Source of the DNA: Candidatus Aenigmatarchaeota archaeon
GTDB lineage: Archaea > Aenigmatarchaeota > Aenigmatarchaeia > JACPZZ01
Direction: 5' to 3'
NCBI GenBank assembly: GCA_016195275.1
Contig: JACPZZ010000019.1
Coordinates: 6,382-70,381 of the forward strand
Length of the DNA: 64,000 bases
Shown here: positions 6,840-15,840 of the stretch, piece by piece
How positions within the stretch are numbered: position 1 is the stretch's first letter
Layout: each line of letters opens with the position of its first letter
Notes under the pieces: model-generated
What the model was told of the DNA's origin: nothing
What the model saw: only the letters and a program-made list of their open reading frames with translations
Databases searched by the model: none
Position numbers and translations under genes: made by a program

Positions 6840-8909
6840 ATGGCAATGGATCCTGTCTGCGGCATGCACGTGGACGAGAAAAACGCAGTTTACAAAAAGG
6901 AAAAAGACGGGCAAACATTTTATTTTTGCAGCGAACGCTGTTTGAAAGAGTTTGAACAGCCGGAAATTGAGTATAGGAATTTGAAACGGACAACTTTGTT
7001 CAGTTCTGTGCTCGCCGGCATGGCTTTGGTTCTTACATATTTTCCTGTTTTGCCTGTACTGCCAAATAACTTCTGGTTGTTCATCTTTGCAACGCCGGTG
7101 CAGTTTATCGGCGGCTGGAGATTCTACAAAGGCATGTGGGACGCGTTGAAAGCGAAATCAGCGAACATGGACACATTAATAGCGACTGGCACATCGGCGG
7201 CCTGGTTATACAGCGTGTTTGTTGTTTTCCTTCCGCAAATTTTCGTGGGCGAGGCTTACTTTGACACGTCCGCGGCAATAATCGCCTTGATACTTGTCGG
7301 CAAGTTGCTGGAAGAAATGGCAAAGGGCAAAGCGTCGGAATCGCTAAGAAAACTTCTGGACTTGAGGCCAAAGACCGCGGTTGTGATAAGAAAGGGAAAA
7401 GAAATTGAAATTCCGGCTGATACGATAGAGATCGGCGACATAATGGTAGTGAAACCGGGCCAATCAATTCCGACAGACGGGGTGATAGTGGAAGGGCACA
7501 CGGAAATAGATGAATCCGTGATAACCGGCGAAAGCCTGCCTGTCACGAGAAAAGAGAGCGACAAAGTTATCGGCGCAACGATAAATAAATCAGGCCTTCT
7601 GAAAATCAGGGCGACGAACGTGGGCGCAGATACCACGCTTGCCCAGATAATAAGCCTGGTCGAAAAGGCGCAGGTTTCCAAGGTGCCGATACAGAGGCTG
7701 GCTGACAGGATTTCCGCATATTTTGTTCCCGCAGTAATCGTAACAGCCCTGGTTTCTTCCGGTGTCTGGTATATTGTTACAGCCAACTTCATCTTTTCAC
7801 TGACAATTGCGATAATGGTACTGATAATAGCCTGCCCCTGCGCATTAGGGCTGGCGACGCCCACTGCGATACTCGTAGGGACAGGCAAGGCTGCTGAGAA
7901 CGGCATATTAATCAGGAACGGCGAGGCTCTTGAGACTGCGCACAAGGTGAACACAATCATTTTCGACAAAACCGGCACGCTTACAAAAGGAAAGCCTTCT
8001 GTTACGGATTTAATAGCGATTAACGGCGATACTAAGGAACTTTTGAAACTTGCAGCGATCGGGGAAAAAGGATCCGAACACCCGTTGGGCGAAGCTATAA
8101 TCAGGAAGGCCGAGGAAACTGGAATAAAGGTCGAGTATGCAAAGTCGTACCATACAATTTCCGGAAAGGGAATAAAATCCGAATACCTAAGACGCGATTT
8201 ATTGATGGGTAATGCGGCGTTAATGAAGGATAGCGATGTGGATGTTTCCCAGTTGGGCGCACAAACGGAAAGGCTTGAGACAGAGGGCAAAACCGCGATA
8301 CTAGTAGTTTATAACAACAAGCCGTTGGGCGTTGTCGGCATTGCGGACACGTTGCAGGATTATTCCAAAGACGCTATAGACGGGTTGAGCGCAAAAGGGA
8401 TAGAGGTGATAATGATCACCGGCGATAATGAGCGCACTGCGGCGAGTATTGCAAAACAAGCAGGAATAGAAAAAGTTTTTGCGAATGTGCTTCCCCAAAA
8501 CAAGGCAGACAAGGTTAAAGAGTTGCAGGCGGAAGGAAAGGTTGTTGCGTTTGTCGGCGACGGAATCAATGATGCGCCTGCACTGGCGCAGGCTGATGTG
8601 GGCATTGCAATCGGCTCAGGTACAGACGTCGCCAAGGAAACGGGAAGTATTGTCCTGATCAAACATGATTTGCGAGACGTTTTCATTGCGATAGATATCA
8701 GCAGGTACGCCATGAAGAAGATAAAACAAAACCTTTTCTGGGCCTTCTTTTATAATACAGCAGGCATACCTGTGGCAGCCGGTTTGCTTTATCCTTATTT
8801 CGGGCTGCTGCTGACACCTTTAATCGCAGCGGCAGCAATGGCTTTCAGCTCATTCTTTGTTGTGGGCAATTCGGTTTTGATGAAAGGCTACAGGCCAAAG
8901 TTTTACTAA
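6840..8909 (+). CDS. copA: Copper-translocating P1B-type ATPase with an N-terminal TRASH/YHS metal-binding domain
   Basis: 689 aa with N-terminal DPVCGMHV...YFCSERC. Core motifs present: CPC (IACPCALGLATP), DKTGTLT, GDGINDAP and TGES. Confidence 0.95.
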   Translation: MAMDPVCGMHVDEKNAVYKKEKDGQTFYFCSERCLKEFEQPEIEYRNLKRTTLFSSVLAGMALVLTYFPVLPVLPNNFWLFIFATPVQFIGGWRFYKGMWDALKAKSANMDTLIATGTSAAWLYSVFVVFLPQIFVGEAYFDTSAAIIALILVGKLLEEMAKGKASESLRKLLDLRPKTAVVIRKGKEIEIPADTIEIGDIMVVKPGQSIPTDGVIVEGHTEIDESVITGESLPVTRKESDKVIGATINKSGLLKIRATNVGADTTLAQIISLVEKAQVSKVPIQRLADRISAYFVPAVIVTALVSSGVWYIVTANFIFSLTIAIMVLIIACPCALGLATPTAILVGTGKAAENGILIRNGEALETAHKVNTIIFDKTGTLTKGKPSVTDLIAINGDTKELLKLAAIGEKGSEHPLGEAIIRKAEETGIKVEYAKSYHTISGKGIKSEYLRRDLLMGNAALMKDSDVDVSQLGAQTERLETEGKTAILVVYNNKPLGVVGIADTLQDYSKDAIDGLSAKGIEVIMITGDNERTAASIAKQAGIEKVFANVLPQNKADKVKELQAEGKVVAFVGDGINDAPALAQADVGIAIGSGTDVAKETGSIVLIKHDLRDVFIAIDISRYAMKKIKQNLFWAFFYNTAGIPVAAGLLYPYFGLLLTPLIAAAAMAFSSFFVVGNSVLMKGYRPKFY

Positions 8910-8987
8910 CAATATAAGAATAACCGATTATTCCCCTGCATTTGCGTGAACTTGGATAAGCTTTCTGGCATAAGCCAGATTAACAAA

Positions 8988-9013
8988 ACACCTAATAATA
9001 ACACCTAATAATC
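8988..9013. repeat. Tandem 13-bp repeat ACACCTAATAAT(A/C), two copies
   Basis: Seen directly in the intergenic region upstream of the 1202-aa surface-protein gene. Confidence 0.8.
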
Positions 9014-9077
9014 ATAGACCTTATTGAATCGTTTTTAAAGCCGCTTTTCATGGGCAGGTAAGTTTTGGGTTTTTACC

Positions 9078-9095
9078 AAGCTTTTGCAAAAGCTT
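9078..9095. promoter_or_regulatory. 18-bp perfect palindrome AAGCTTTTGCAAAAGCTT (candidate operator)
   Basis: Perfect dyad about 30 nt upstream of the ATG at 9123. Confidence 0.4.
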
Positions 9096-9122
9096 TTAAG
9101 TTTAACCCATGATTTAATTACT

Positions 9123-12100
9123 ATGAAATTTTTACACACAGGCTTTCTTATCGGTTTAGCAATTTCAATCTTGTTCGCTTCTGTTTATGCTGTTGCTGAT
9201 GCGAATCCGGACGCAGGACTTAGTTACAAGTCCATTAACGGGGTTGATGTAAAAGATGTTTATTTGGATTACAACCTGGGTTATGCAGACACAGAAGACG
9301 TAAAACTCGATCTGGGGGTTGATCTGACTAATCCAGACAGTCCCAAGTTTATTAGGGGTATAGAAGCAGATCCGGCAGGTCCTGGCTTAACAATAGGATC
9401 CGTAGAGTCTCCTGCTAAGGGTGACGGTCTCACAATAAATCCAATAACCTATGATTACAAAGGTGCCAAAAAGGAAAGGACAATAAATGCTGAAACGTCT
9501 GCTAAAATCACAACTCCCTTCTTTTCCACCACATATTGCACTGGCCAATGGAGCAAATGTTCGTGGGCATCGGAAGATGACGGATATCCGGCAAACGCCA
9601 CTGTGTCTACAGGCGTCAACAAAACCAGCGTGTGGTACAAGTTCGGCTTTGGCGTTAACTTTACTCCCGAGGGTTATACTGTCAAGGCAGTTTACCTGAA
9701 GTTAGATTTCTTTGTTAAGAACGATACAAGTGGTTTACTGGACCCGTCTTTCAAGAATCTGGACAACATTATGGACGGGTATATTGATGTCAGAGTCAGC
9801 GGAAACGGCGGAATAACATACGGGCTTTCTCATGTAATAAACGGAAGGATAAACGAGGCAACCTATATAGTTAATGTTACCGATGACTTGGCATGGACAC
9901 TGTACGGGCTGGGCGATTCACAATTTAAGGTAAATGTAACCTGTTTCAGGAAAGGCTTCGGAAATCCTGTGGATTGCAGGCTTGATTACTTGGGTATGAG
10001 CGCTGTGATAGATGGTGGAATCGGCGACATAGAATTTAATCTAATATCCCACTCCGTAACACCGAACAGCAGTTCTATTGTGCAAGGCGAAATTGCCGAA
10101 GCGAACGTTAGCGTGTTTAGTATGGTTTCGCCGATACAGGTTAACCTATCAGCAGAAGGTTGCCCGCCAGCAAGCTCTTGCATATTTCAGCCGCAAAACG
10201 GGACTACGCCTTTCAGTTCAACGTTCAGGGTAGTTACAATCGTAAATACGCCAAATGGAACTTACAGAATAAATACAACCGCCACAGCGGCAAGCAGCCG
10301 AAAATCCATAGCTGTTTACACGCTTACAGTTCTTCCGCGGCCCAGACCTTTGGTATGCGCATCAAAAATCGACTTATCATTTAACAACAGCCCTGAAACA
10401 GACTTGGGTAAAACAAGCAATGTGTATACTGTAGGTGAGCCGTATAACTTGACTGTAAAAATTTACAATACGAGCAACATGACAATGCCGGACAAGTTGT
10501 TCTTTGTAAATGTAACACAAAATGATACGAATCTAGGTATAACATCCTTAACAACAGGTTCTGATGGCGTATACTATGAAGAAGGCACGATACCAAATGA
10601 TGCAGTAGGCAAATGGCTTTTCGATGCGTTTGTTAACGATACAGGTTGTCCGTATATTTCTGACACTGAGAAATTAATAGTTTTAGGCCAAGGAGCTGTC
10701 ATCAGCAACTGGAACATAAGCACTGACAAGGATGTTTACAATACCAGCGAAACTGCGAAGATAACTGTAAGCGTTGAACATGACGGTGGCGGAATAATAC
10801 AAAATCCTTTCATAGACGTGATAGACCCTGTTAATCAGGTATGGACCGTGCCAATTAAGAGTGGTGCAACCGGATGTTCGGTAGCTGGAGGAACGCAACC
10901 AGCTTCAGCAGGATCCAACGGCATATTCAGGATAACCGGATCAACAAGTCCAGAAGCGGGCGAGCCATCGCCAACGCCCGGAGGCGGCGGCGGTGGAGGC
11001 GGGCCACCCATTGCGCATTGCACGACAACATTCAATGCTGAATTTGATAATACGCGTTTGACAGGAAGTTATACGATAAGGGTATCATCACACCAACTGG
11101 GCTCAAAGGAAAAGCATTTTGAAGTGTTTTCACATCTCCTTGCAGAGAAATTGATACAGCATGACATAGAAGAAATAAAATATATCACCTCCGCGACTGG
11201 TTCTGAAAGAATCGATGATACGGATGTGAATTTCTCCGCAGCGCTTTACAATTCCCATTCAAAGCAATACGTTGCTGCCATTTACGAATTTGGCTCCCGT
11301 GACAACGCTACAAAAATACTCGACGAGGCACTGGAATCTGGTTTGTACGAAGTAAGGCCGATAGGCGTTATAGTCAAAGGCGCAAGCGGTGTTGTGTACA
11401 TGGCAAAGAATAAAGGAAGCGAAGATCCTGTATTTTATGTCTGGGCCAACGGCAACCAGCTTGCATTAATTGTATCAAAGTTTGGAATTTCAGAATTGTC
11501 ATCGCCAAACAGCAAGCTTCTGCCAATACCGAAGATATTTTCAACAACCCCTTCAGTTTTAACACCTCCTGTAAGTTCTGGCGGTGGAGGCGGAGGCGGC
11601 GGTGGCGGCGGACTAATAGAACTGCCGCCGTTAGATGACTGGGGACTGGTCAGTGCATACGTTAAGAAATATCCTTCTGACCTTTATGCAATAACTTCGT
11701 TCACGCCGCCGAAAAGCTGCAGCGGCGAATGGAATAACTGTTCGTTTGTATTTGAAAACGATTCCAAGAGTTCAACAGCTATCCCGCAACTCAACAAAAA
11801 CAAAACCGGAAGGTGGTCAGGGTATAATTTCACATCGCTTCAATATGGGAGAATCAAAAGTGTAATTCTCAGGGCTGATTTTTCAGCAAGTAACAACACG
11901 CTGGACAGCCTGACAGCGGTCGATGTAAACCAGGACGGTGTGGTAGATATCTTTGACGCAGAAATAGTTGGCGAAAACTTTGGGAAGACTGCCAATGATG
12001 CCAATAATCCGAGGGCTGATGTCAACAGAGACGGCGTTGTGGACGACCAGGATATATCGTTAGTGTCTGATAGCTTCAGGAAATCTGTGCCAAGCCCGTT

Positions 12101-12692
12101 GCTGGACATGAACGGTTATCTCGATATCAGAATAAGCGGGGATGGCGGAAAAACATACGGGCCGTCACACATAATACGAGGAACGCTGGGAGAAAAAACC
12201 TATTTGATCAATGTAACAGATGATTTTGAATGGACGCCGGAAAAGCTTAACAGCACCAACTTCGTAATCAATGCAACATGTTTCAAGAATTCGTTCAGCG
12301 AAGTCGAATGCAGGCTTGATTGGATGCCTGTTCAAGTGTCGTTTGTTCCGGCATTTGCATTTATTATTGATCCCATAATCCATGTAACAGAGCCTCCTGT
12401 TCCTGCACCATCCGGCGGCGGTGGCGGCGGACCTCCATTTGGTAGCAGCTCGTCCGGCAGAGGAGGCGGCGGTGCGATAACGACGACTACGGCAACAACG
12501 ACAACCGCGGCTACAACAACTACTGTTGCGGCAGTATCAGTCTCAACACCGAGCAATGTTAAAACAGAAACAATACCAACAGCGACTACAGTGACAGCGG
12601 CTGTAAATAATGTTCAGCAATCCAGGAAATCAGCCATAGAAGTTTTTGTAGAGTCGATTATTTCATTGATTGCCAGGTTTCTGGGCCGGTAA
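9123..12692 (+). CDS. Large secreted surface protein with a duplicated beta-rich domain, a dockerin-like insert, and poly-Gly and poly-Thr tracts
   Basis: The track ORF starts at TTG 9084; the ATG at 9123 gives the signal-like MKFLHTGFLIGLAISILFASVYAVADA. The protein has many N-x-S/T sequons, G8-G13 runs, a T/A-rich tract and a hydrophobic C-terminus. Confidence 0.8.
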   Translation: MKFLHTGFLIGLAISILFASVYAVADANPDAGLSYKSINGVDVKDVYLDYNLGYADTEDVKLDLGVDLTNPDSPKFIRGIEADPAGPGLTIGSVESPAKGDGLTINPITYDYKGAKKERTINAETSAKITTPFFSTTYCTGQWSKCSWASEDDGYPANATVSTGVNKTSVWYKFGFGVNFTPEGYTVKAVYLKLDFFVKNDTSGLLDPSFKNLDNIMDGYIDVRVSGNGGITYGLSHVINGRINEATYIVNVTDDLAWTLYGLGDSQFKVNVTCFRKGFGNPVDCRLDYLGMSAVIDGGIGDIEFNLISHSVTPNSSSIVQGEIAEANVSVFSMVSPIQVNLSAEGCPPASSCIFQPQNGTTPFSSTFRVVTIVNTPNGTYRINTTATAASSRKSIAVYTLTVLPRPRPLVCASKIDLSFNNSPETDLGKTSNVYTVGEPYNLTVKIYNTSNMTMPDKLFFVNVTQNDTNLGITSLTTGSDGVYYEEGTIPNDAVGKWLFDAFVNDTGCPYISDTEKLIVLGQGAVISNWNISTDKDVYNTSETAKITVSVEHDGGGIIQNPFIDVIDPVNQVWTVPIKSGATGCSVAGGTQPASAGSNGIFRITGSTSPEAGEPSPTPGGGGGGGGPPIAHCTTTFNAEFDNTRLTGSYTIRVSSHQLGSKEKHFEVFSHLLAEKLIQHDIEEIKYITSATGSERIDDTDVNFSAALYNSHSKQYVAAIYEFGSRDNATKILDEALESGLYEVRPIGVIVKGASGVVYMAKNKGSEDPVFYVWANGNQLALIVSKFGISELSSPNSKLLPIPKIFSTTPSVLTPPVSSGGGGGGGGGGGLIELPPLDDWGLVSAYVKKYPSDLYAITSFTPPKSCSGEWNNCSFVFENDSKSSTAIPQLNKNKTGRWSGYNFTSLQYGRIKSVILRADFSASNNTLDSLTAVDVNQDGVVDIFDAEIVGENFGKTANDANNPRADVNRDGVVDDQDISLVSDSFRKSVPSPLLDMNGYLDIRISGDGGKTYGPSHIIRGTLGEKTYLINVTDDFEWTPEKLNSTNFVINATCFKNSFSEVECRLDWMPVQVSFVPAFAFIIDPIIHVTEPPVPAPSGGGGGGPPFGSSSSGRGGGGAITTTTATTTTAATTTTVAAVSVSTPSNVKTETIPTATTVTAAVNNVQQSRKSAIEVFVESIISLIARFLGR
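11917..12075 (+). other. Dockerin type I-like double Ca-binding repeat inside the surface protein
   Basis: DVNQDGVVDIFDAEIV...ADVNRDGVVDDQDISLV matches the duplicated DxNxDGxxD dockerin/EF-hand-like pattern. Confidence 0.65.
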
Positions 12693-12703
12693 ATATTGAA
12701 AAG

Positions 12704-13177
12704 TTAACATCCATACCTTTTAGCCCACCTTTTGTTTTTGAATTCGCTTTTTTCGCAGAAAGATGTGTAAATTTCTCCGAAACCCTTTTCTAGAAGCAGC
12801 TCGTTAAGGTTCTTGTTGTTACAATAAACGACGGCGACCATTCTTCCGTAACTGCCTTTTGTTTGGTAGTCATCTTCATCGACCAAAGCGCCGGAACCAA
12901 CAGGGCATGCGCCGGATGTGAAATTGTAAGCTTCTTTCCCGCCCGTTTCATAAATTTCAGGCGTACTAACTAATGCCAACCTAACTGTTATGTTGCCGAC
13001 AACAAGCGTGTCGCCATCAATGACCCTTTCTACCGGTCCGTTCACACAGAGTGCACTGCCCGTGCAGATAGGCGGGCCTGGAAGCGTCAAGTAGCCGGAA
13101 AATGTACCCGCAAAAAAGAAAACCATCAGGCCGGCAAATACAGCCGGTATAAGATATTTCCGTATTTCGGGCATCAT
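12704..13177 (-). CDS. Membrane-anchored thermonuclease (staphylococcal nuclease/SNase family)
   Basis: 157 aa with an N-terminal TM. SNase-like segments: VERVIDGDTLVV, VRLALVSTPE, YGRMVAVVY and NLNELLLEKGFG. Confidence 0.75.
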   Translation of the reverse strand: MMPEIRKYLIPAVFAGLMVFFFAGTFSGYLTLPGPPICTGSALCVNGPVERVIDGDTLVVGNITVRLALVSTPEIYETGGKEAYNFTSGACPVGSGALVDEDDYQTKGSYGRMVAVVYCNNKNLNELLLEKGFGEIYTSFCEKSEFKNKRWAKRYGC

Positions 13178-13214
13178 AATATATATTCCTTCAAAGAAAC
13201 GATATAAGCTGAAA

Positions 13215-14417
13215 ATGACAGGGATGAAAATCTACAATAGCCTGACCGGCAAAAAAGAGAAAGCAGGGAGACCAAGGCCGCTGGGAACCTATGTTTGTGG
13301 CGTAACGCCCTATGATGTCACGCACCTCGGCCATGCGTTTACATACATATTTTTCGATGTACTGATAAGATATCTAAAGTTTAAAAACTTCAAAATCACC
13401 TACGTGCAAAATGTCACAGACATAGACGACGACATAGTGAAAAGGTCTAAGCGGGACAACGTTAACTGGAAAAAACTAGGGAATATAAATCTGAAAAAAT
13501 ATTTGCGGGACATGAAGACGCTGAACAACGCACGGCCGGATATTATGCCAAGGGCGTCGGAGAACATCAAGGAGATCATAACCATAGTGAAAGCGCTTGT
13601 CACAAAAGGGCTGGCGTACGAAGGGGACGGAAATGTCTATTTTTCTGTAGACAGGTATAAAAAATTCGGCCAGCTAAGCAGGATTCCAAAAAATAAAATG
13701 CTGGCGATAGCGAACCAGCGTGGAAACTTTCCTGACGACCCGAATAAAAACGATCCGTTGGACTTTGTGCTGTGGCAGGCGAAAAAAGAGAAACATGAAC
13801 CATCATGGAATTCGCCGTGGGGTTATGGCAGGCCGGGCTGGCACATAGAGTGCAGTGCGATGTCTATGAAACACACCGGAAAAACCATCGACATCCATGG
13901 CGGCGGCAGCGACCTAATTTTCCCGCACCACGAGGCAGAGATAGCGCAATCAGAGAATTATACAGGTAAAAAATTTGTAAGATTGTGGATGCATGTTGCC
14001 ATGCTGAAATACAGGGGGGAAAAGATGAGCAAATCCAAAGGAAACCTTATTCTGGTATCAGATCTGTTGCGCAAGTACACGTCCAATGCCATAAGGATAA
14101 TGCTGCTTTCGAACCATTACAGGAAACAGTGGGAATATAAGGAAAACAGGTTAAAGGCTGCGTCAAAAACAGACAAATTGTTTTCAAAAGCACACGCTAC
14201 TTTATCGCGCGGCAAAAAGAATCTCAGCTTCGCATCTCATAGAAAAAGATTTTATGAAAGCCTGGATAATGACATTGGTACGCCTGCTGCTTTTGAGGCG
14301 TTAAAGAGGCTATGCAGGACAGTTATTAGAAGCAAAGGTACAGATATAGGAAAGGCTAAAGCTTTTCTGGGGGAAGCGTTTAACATTCTTGGGCTGGTGT
14401 ACCGATGGAAGAGATAG
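13215..14417 (+). CDS. Class I cysteine ligase of the CysRS/MshC family (short form, 400 aa)
   Basis: HIGH-type motif [11 protein letters not shown], then [32 protein letters not shown] and KMSKS. Only about 130 aa follow KMSKS. Confidence 0.85.
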   Translation: MTGMKIYNSLTGKKEKAGRPRPLGTYVCGVTPYDVTHLGHAFTYIFFDVLIRYLKFKNFKITYVQNVTDIDDDIVKRSKRDNVNWKKLGNINLKKYLRDMKTLNNARPDIMPRASENIKEIITIVKALVTKGLAYEGDGNVYFSVDRYKKFGQLSRIPKNKMLAIANQRGNFPDDPNKNDPLDFVLWQAKKEKHEPSWNSPWGYGRPGWHIECSAMSMKHTGKTIDIHGGGSDLIFPHHEAEIAQSENYTGKKFVRLWMHVAMLKYRGEKMSKSKGNLILVSDLLRKYTSNAIRIMLLSNHYRKQWEYKENRLKAASKTDKLFSKAHATLSRGKKNLSFASHRKRFYESLDNDIGTPAAFEALKRLCRTVIRSKGTDIGKAKAFLGEAFNILGLVYRWKR

Positions 14418-15130
14418 ATTTGAAAAATAAAATAATAATGGTGATTGGCGCGCACCCCGATGATAACGACTTTGGCGTAGCCGCAACAGTTTCTAAGGCT
14501 TCTAAGCTTGGATCAAAGGTAATCTATGTAGTTGCAACAAAAGGCAACCGCGGCACGCATGACGAGAGCATGAACGAGGAAAAGCTTGCAGAAATGCGCG
14601 AAAAGGAGCAAAGAGATGCTGGCAGAATACTAGGCATTTCTGAATTTGAATTTCTGGGGTACAATGACGGAGAGCTTACCGTTAATATGGAGCTCAAAGA
14701 AAAAATAACAAGGCTCATCAGGAAACACAAACCTGGCATTGTATTTACAACGGATCCTAGCAAGTTCTATTATAAAGACCGCGGTTTTATAAACCATTCC
14801 GACCATCGCGCGATAGGCGAGGCTGTGATAGACGCTGTTTATCCGTTGGCGCGGGATTTTTTATTCTTCCCTCAACATGCGAAAGAAGGATTGAAATGGT
14901 TCCATGTCAAAGAAATATGTTTCTCGAGTTTTGACCCTGCTGACATAAACAGCTTTGTAGATGTAAGCGATGCAATTAATTTAAAGGTCAAGGCTCTTGA
15001 GGCGCATATAAGCCAGATATCGAATATAGACCGTTTAAAACAGAGAATGCTGGAACGGGCCGAAGCAATCGGGAAAGCGGCAGGCTGCAAGTATGCGGAA
15101 GGTTTCGTGAGAATCAAGCTGCCGCCATAA
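14405..15130 (+). CDS. PIG-L / LmbE-family N-acetylglucosaminyl deacetylase
   Basis: 241 aa with the zinc-site motifs GAHPDDNDFG and HSDHRAIG. It overlaps the ligase gene by 13 nt. Confidence 0.85.
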   Translation: MEEIDLKNKIIMVIGAHPDDNDFGVAATVSKASKLGSKVIYVVATKGNRGTHDESMNEEKLAEMREKEQRDAGRILGISEFEFLGYNDGELTVNMELKEKITRLIRKHKPGIVFTTDPSKFYYKDRGFINHSDHRAIGEAVIDAVYPLARDFLFFPQHAKEGLKWFHVKEICFSSFDPADINSFVDVSDAINLKVKALEAHISQISNIDRLKQRMLERAEAIGKAAGCKYAEGFVRIKLPP

Positions 15131-15163
15131 CCATTTTTAAATTTAACATACCATTATGGCTTA

Positions 15164-15700
15164 ATGGCATTAAATATCATGGAATGGCCGGGCATAGAGT
15201 ATTATAAGCTAGCCCGCGCAGAGGGGCCAAAGGGCAGAAACGTTTTTCTTGCAGAACTGGCTTCTGAGCTGGAAATTGCAGGCCTTCGTGTCGAGGAAGC
15301 TATGGTGATTTCCAGAGGACAAGAATCCAATCTTCACAGGGAGCTGAAAGAGATTACAAGGCGGTTGGGAGCTGTTTATTGTGATGGCTGTGTAGAGTGT
15401 TACACAGAGAATGGGGTGAATGTTGCAATTGTGGCAGTGGACAAGCCCGAACCTTTGAACAACTCGGGAAGGTATGCAATTTTCTCAACCTTTACGAAAC
15501 CTTACATAGGAGACCCTGTTGCCGAATACGTGACAGGTATGGAAAGGCTGTGGCGCACGCATAGGGACGGAATAAGGCAGGGAGACAGGCTGATTATATA
15601 TCAGTCTATGCTGGAAACAGAGCTTAGGGAAGTGTTTGACAAGCTTGGTGTAGGCTTTGCCAGCGTTGGCAGATATAACAGCATCCGTACCAAAATATGA
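15164..15700 (+). CDS. Hypothetical protein (178 aa)
   Basis: ORF with protein-like composition. No motif recognised. Confidence 0.45.
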   Translation: MALNIMEWPGIEYYKLARAEGPKGRNVFLAELASELEIAGLRVEEAMVISRGQESNLHRELKEITRRLGAVYCDGCVECYTENGVNVAIVAVDKPEPLNNSGRYAIFSTFTKPYIGDPVAEYVTGMERLWRTHRDGIRQGDRLIIYQSMLETELREVFDKLGVGFASVGRYNSIRTKI

Positions 15701-15708
15701 TTGATCCA

Positions 15709-15840
15709 ATGAAAAGAAGAAACAAATCCGGCATGAAGATATACGGACCGGCCTTATTGTTGGTGTTGGCCCTGCTTATTGTGTTATTTATTTACAATTT
15801 CGGCGTACGAATATCGGTTTCGACTGGGTGGAAAGCATAA
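15709..15840 (+). CDS. 43-aa signal-anchor ORF, probably the frameshifted N-terminus of the downstream dehydrogenase
   Basis: Hand translation gives MKRRNKSGMKIYGPALLLVLALLIVLFIYNFGVRISVSTGWKA-stop. It overlaps the next ORF (15828) in another frame. Confidence 0.4.
   Translation: MKRRNKSGMKIYGPALLLVLALLIVLFIYNFGVRISVSTGWKA

Noticed and set aside
7256-8290. 344-aa minus-strand ORF inside copA, plus similar long antisense ORFs at 28610-29602, 47120-47905, 31830-32465, 56531-57180 and 57720-58208
   Set aside because: These are shadow ORFs opposite well-supported genes (copA, the r-protein operon, MFS, the giant glycoprotein, CBS). Their translations are low-complexity or Ser/Pro/Ala-rich and carry no motifs.
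9123-12692. Diversity-generating retroelement (template/variable repeat) targeting the surface proteins
   Set aside because: No reverse transcriptase ORF exists in the window. The only internal repeats are diverged domain duplications within a single ORF. They differ at all base types rather than in an adenine-specific pattern.
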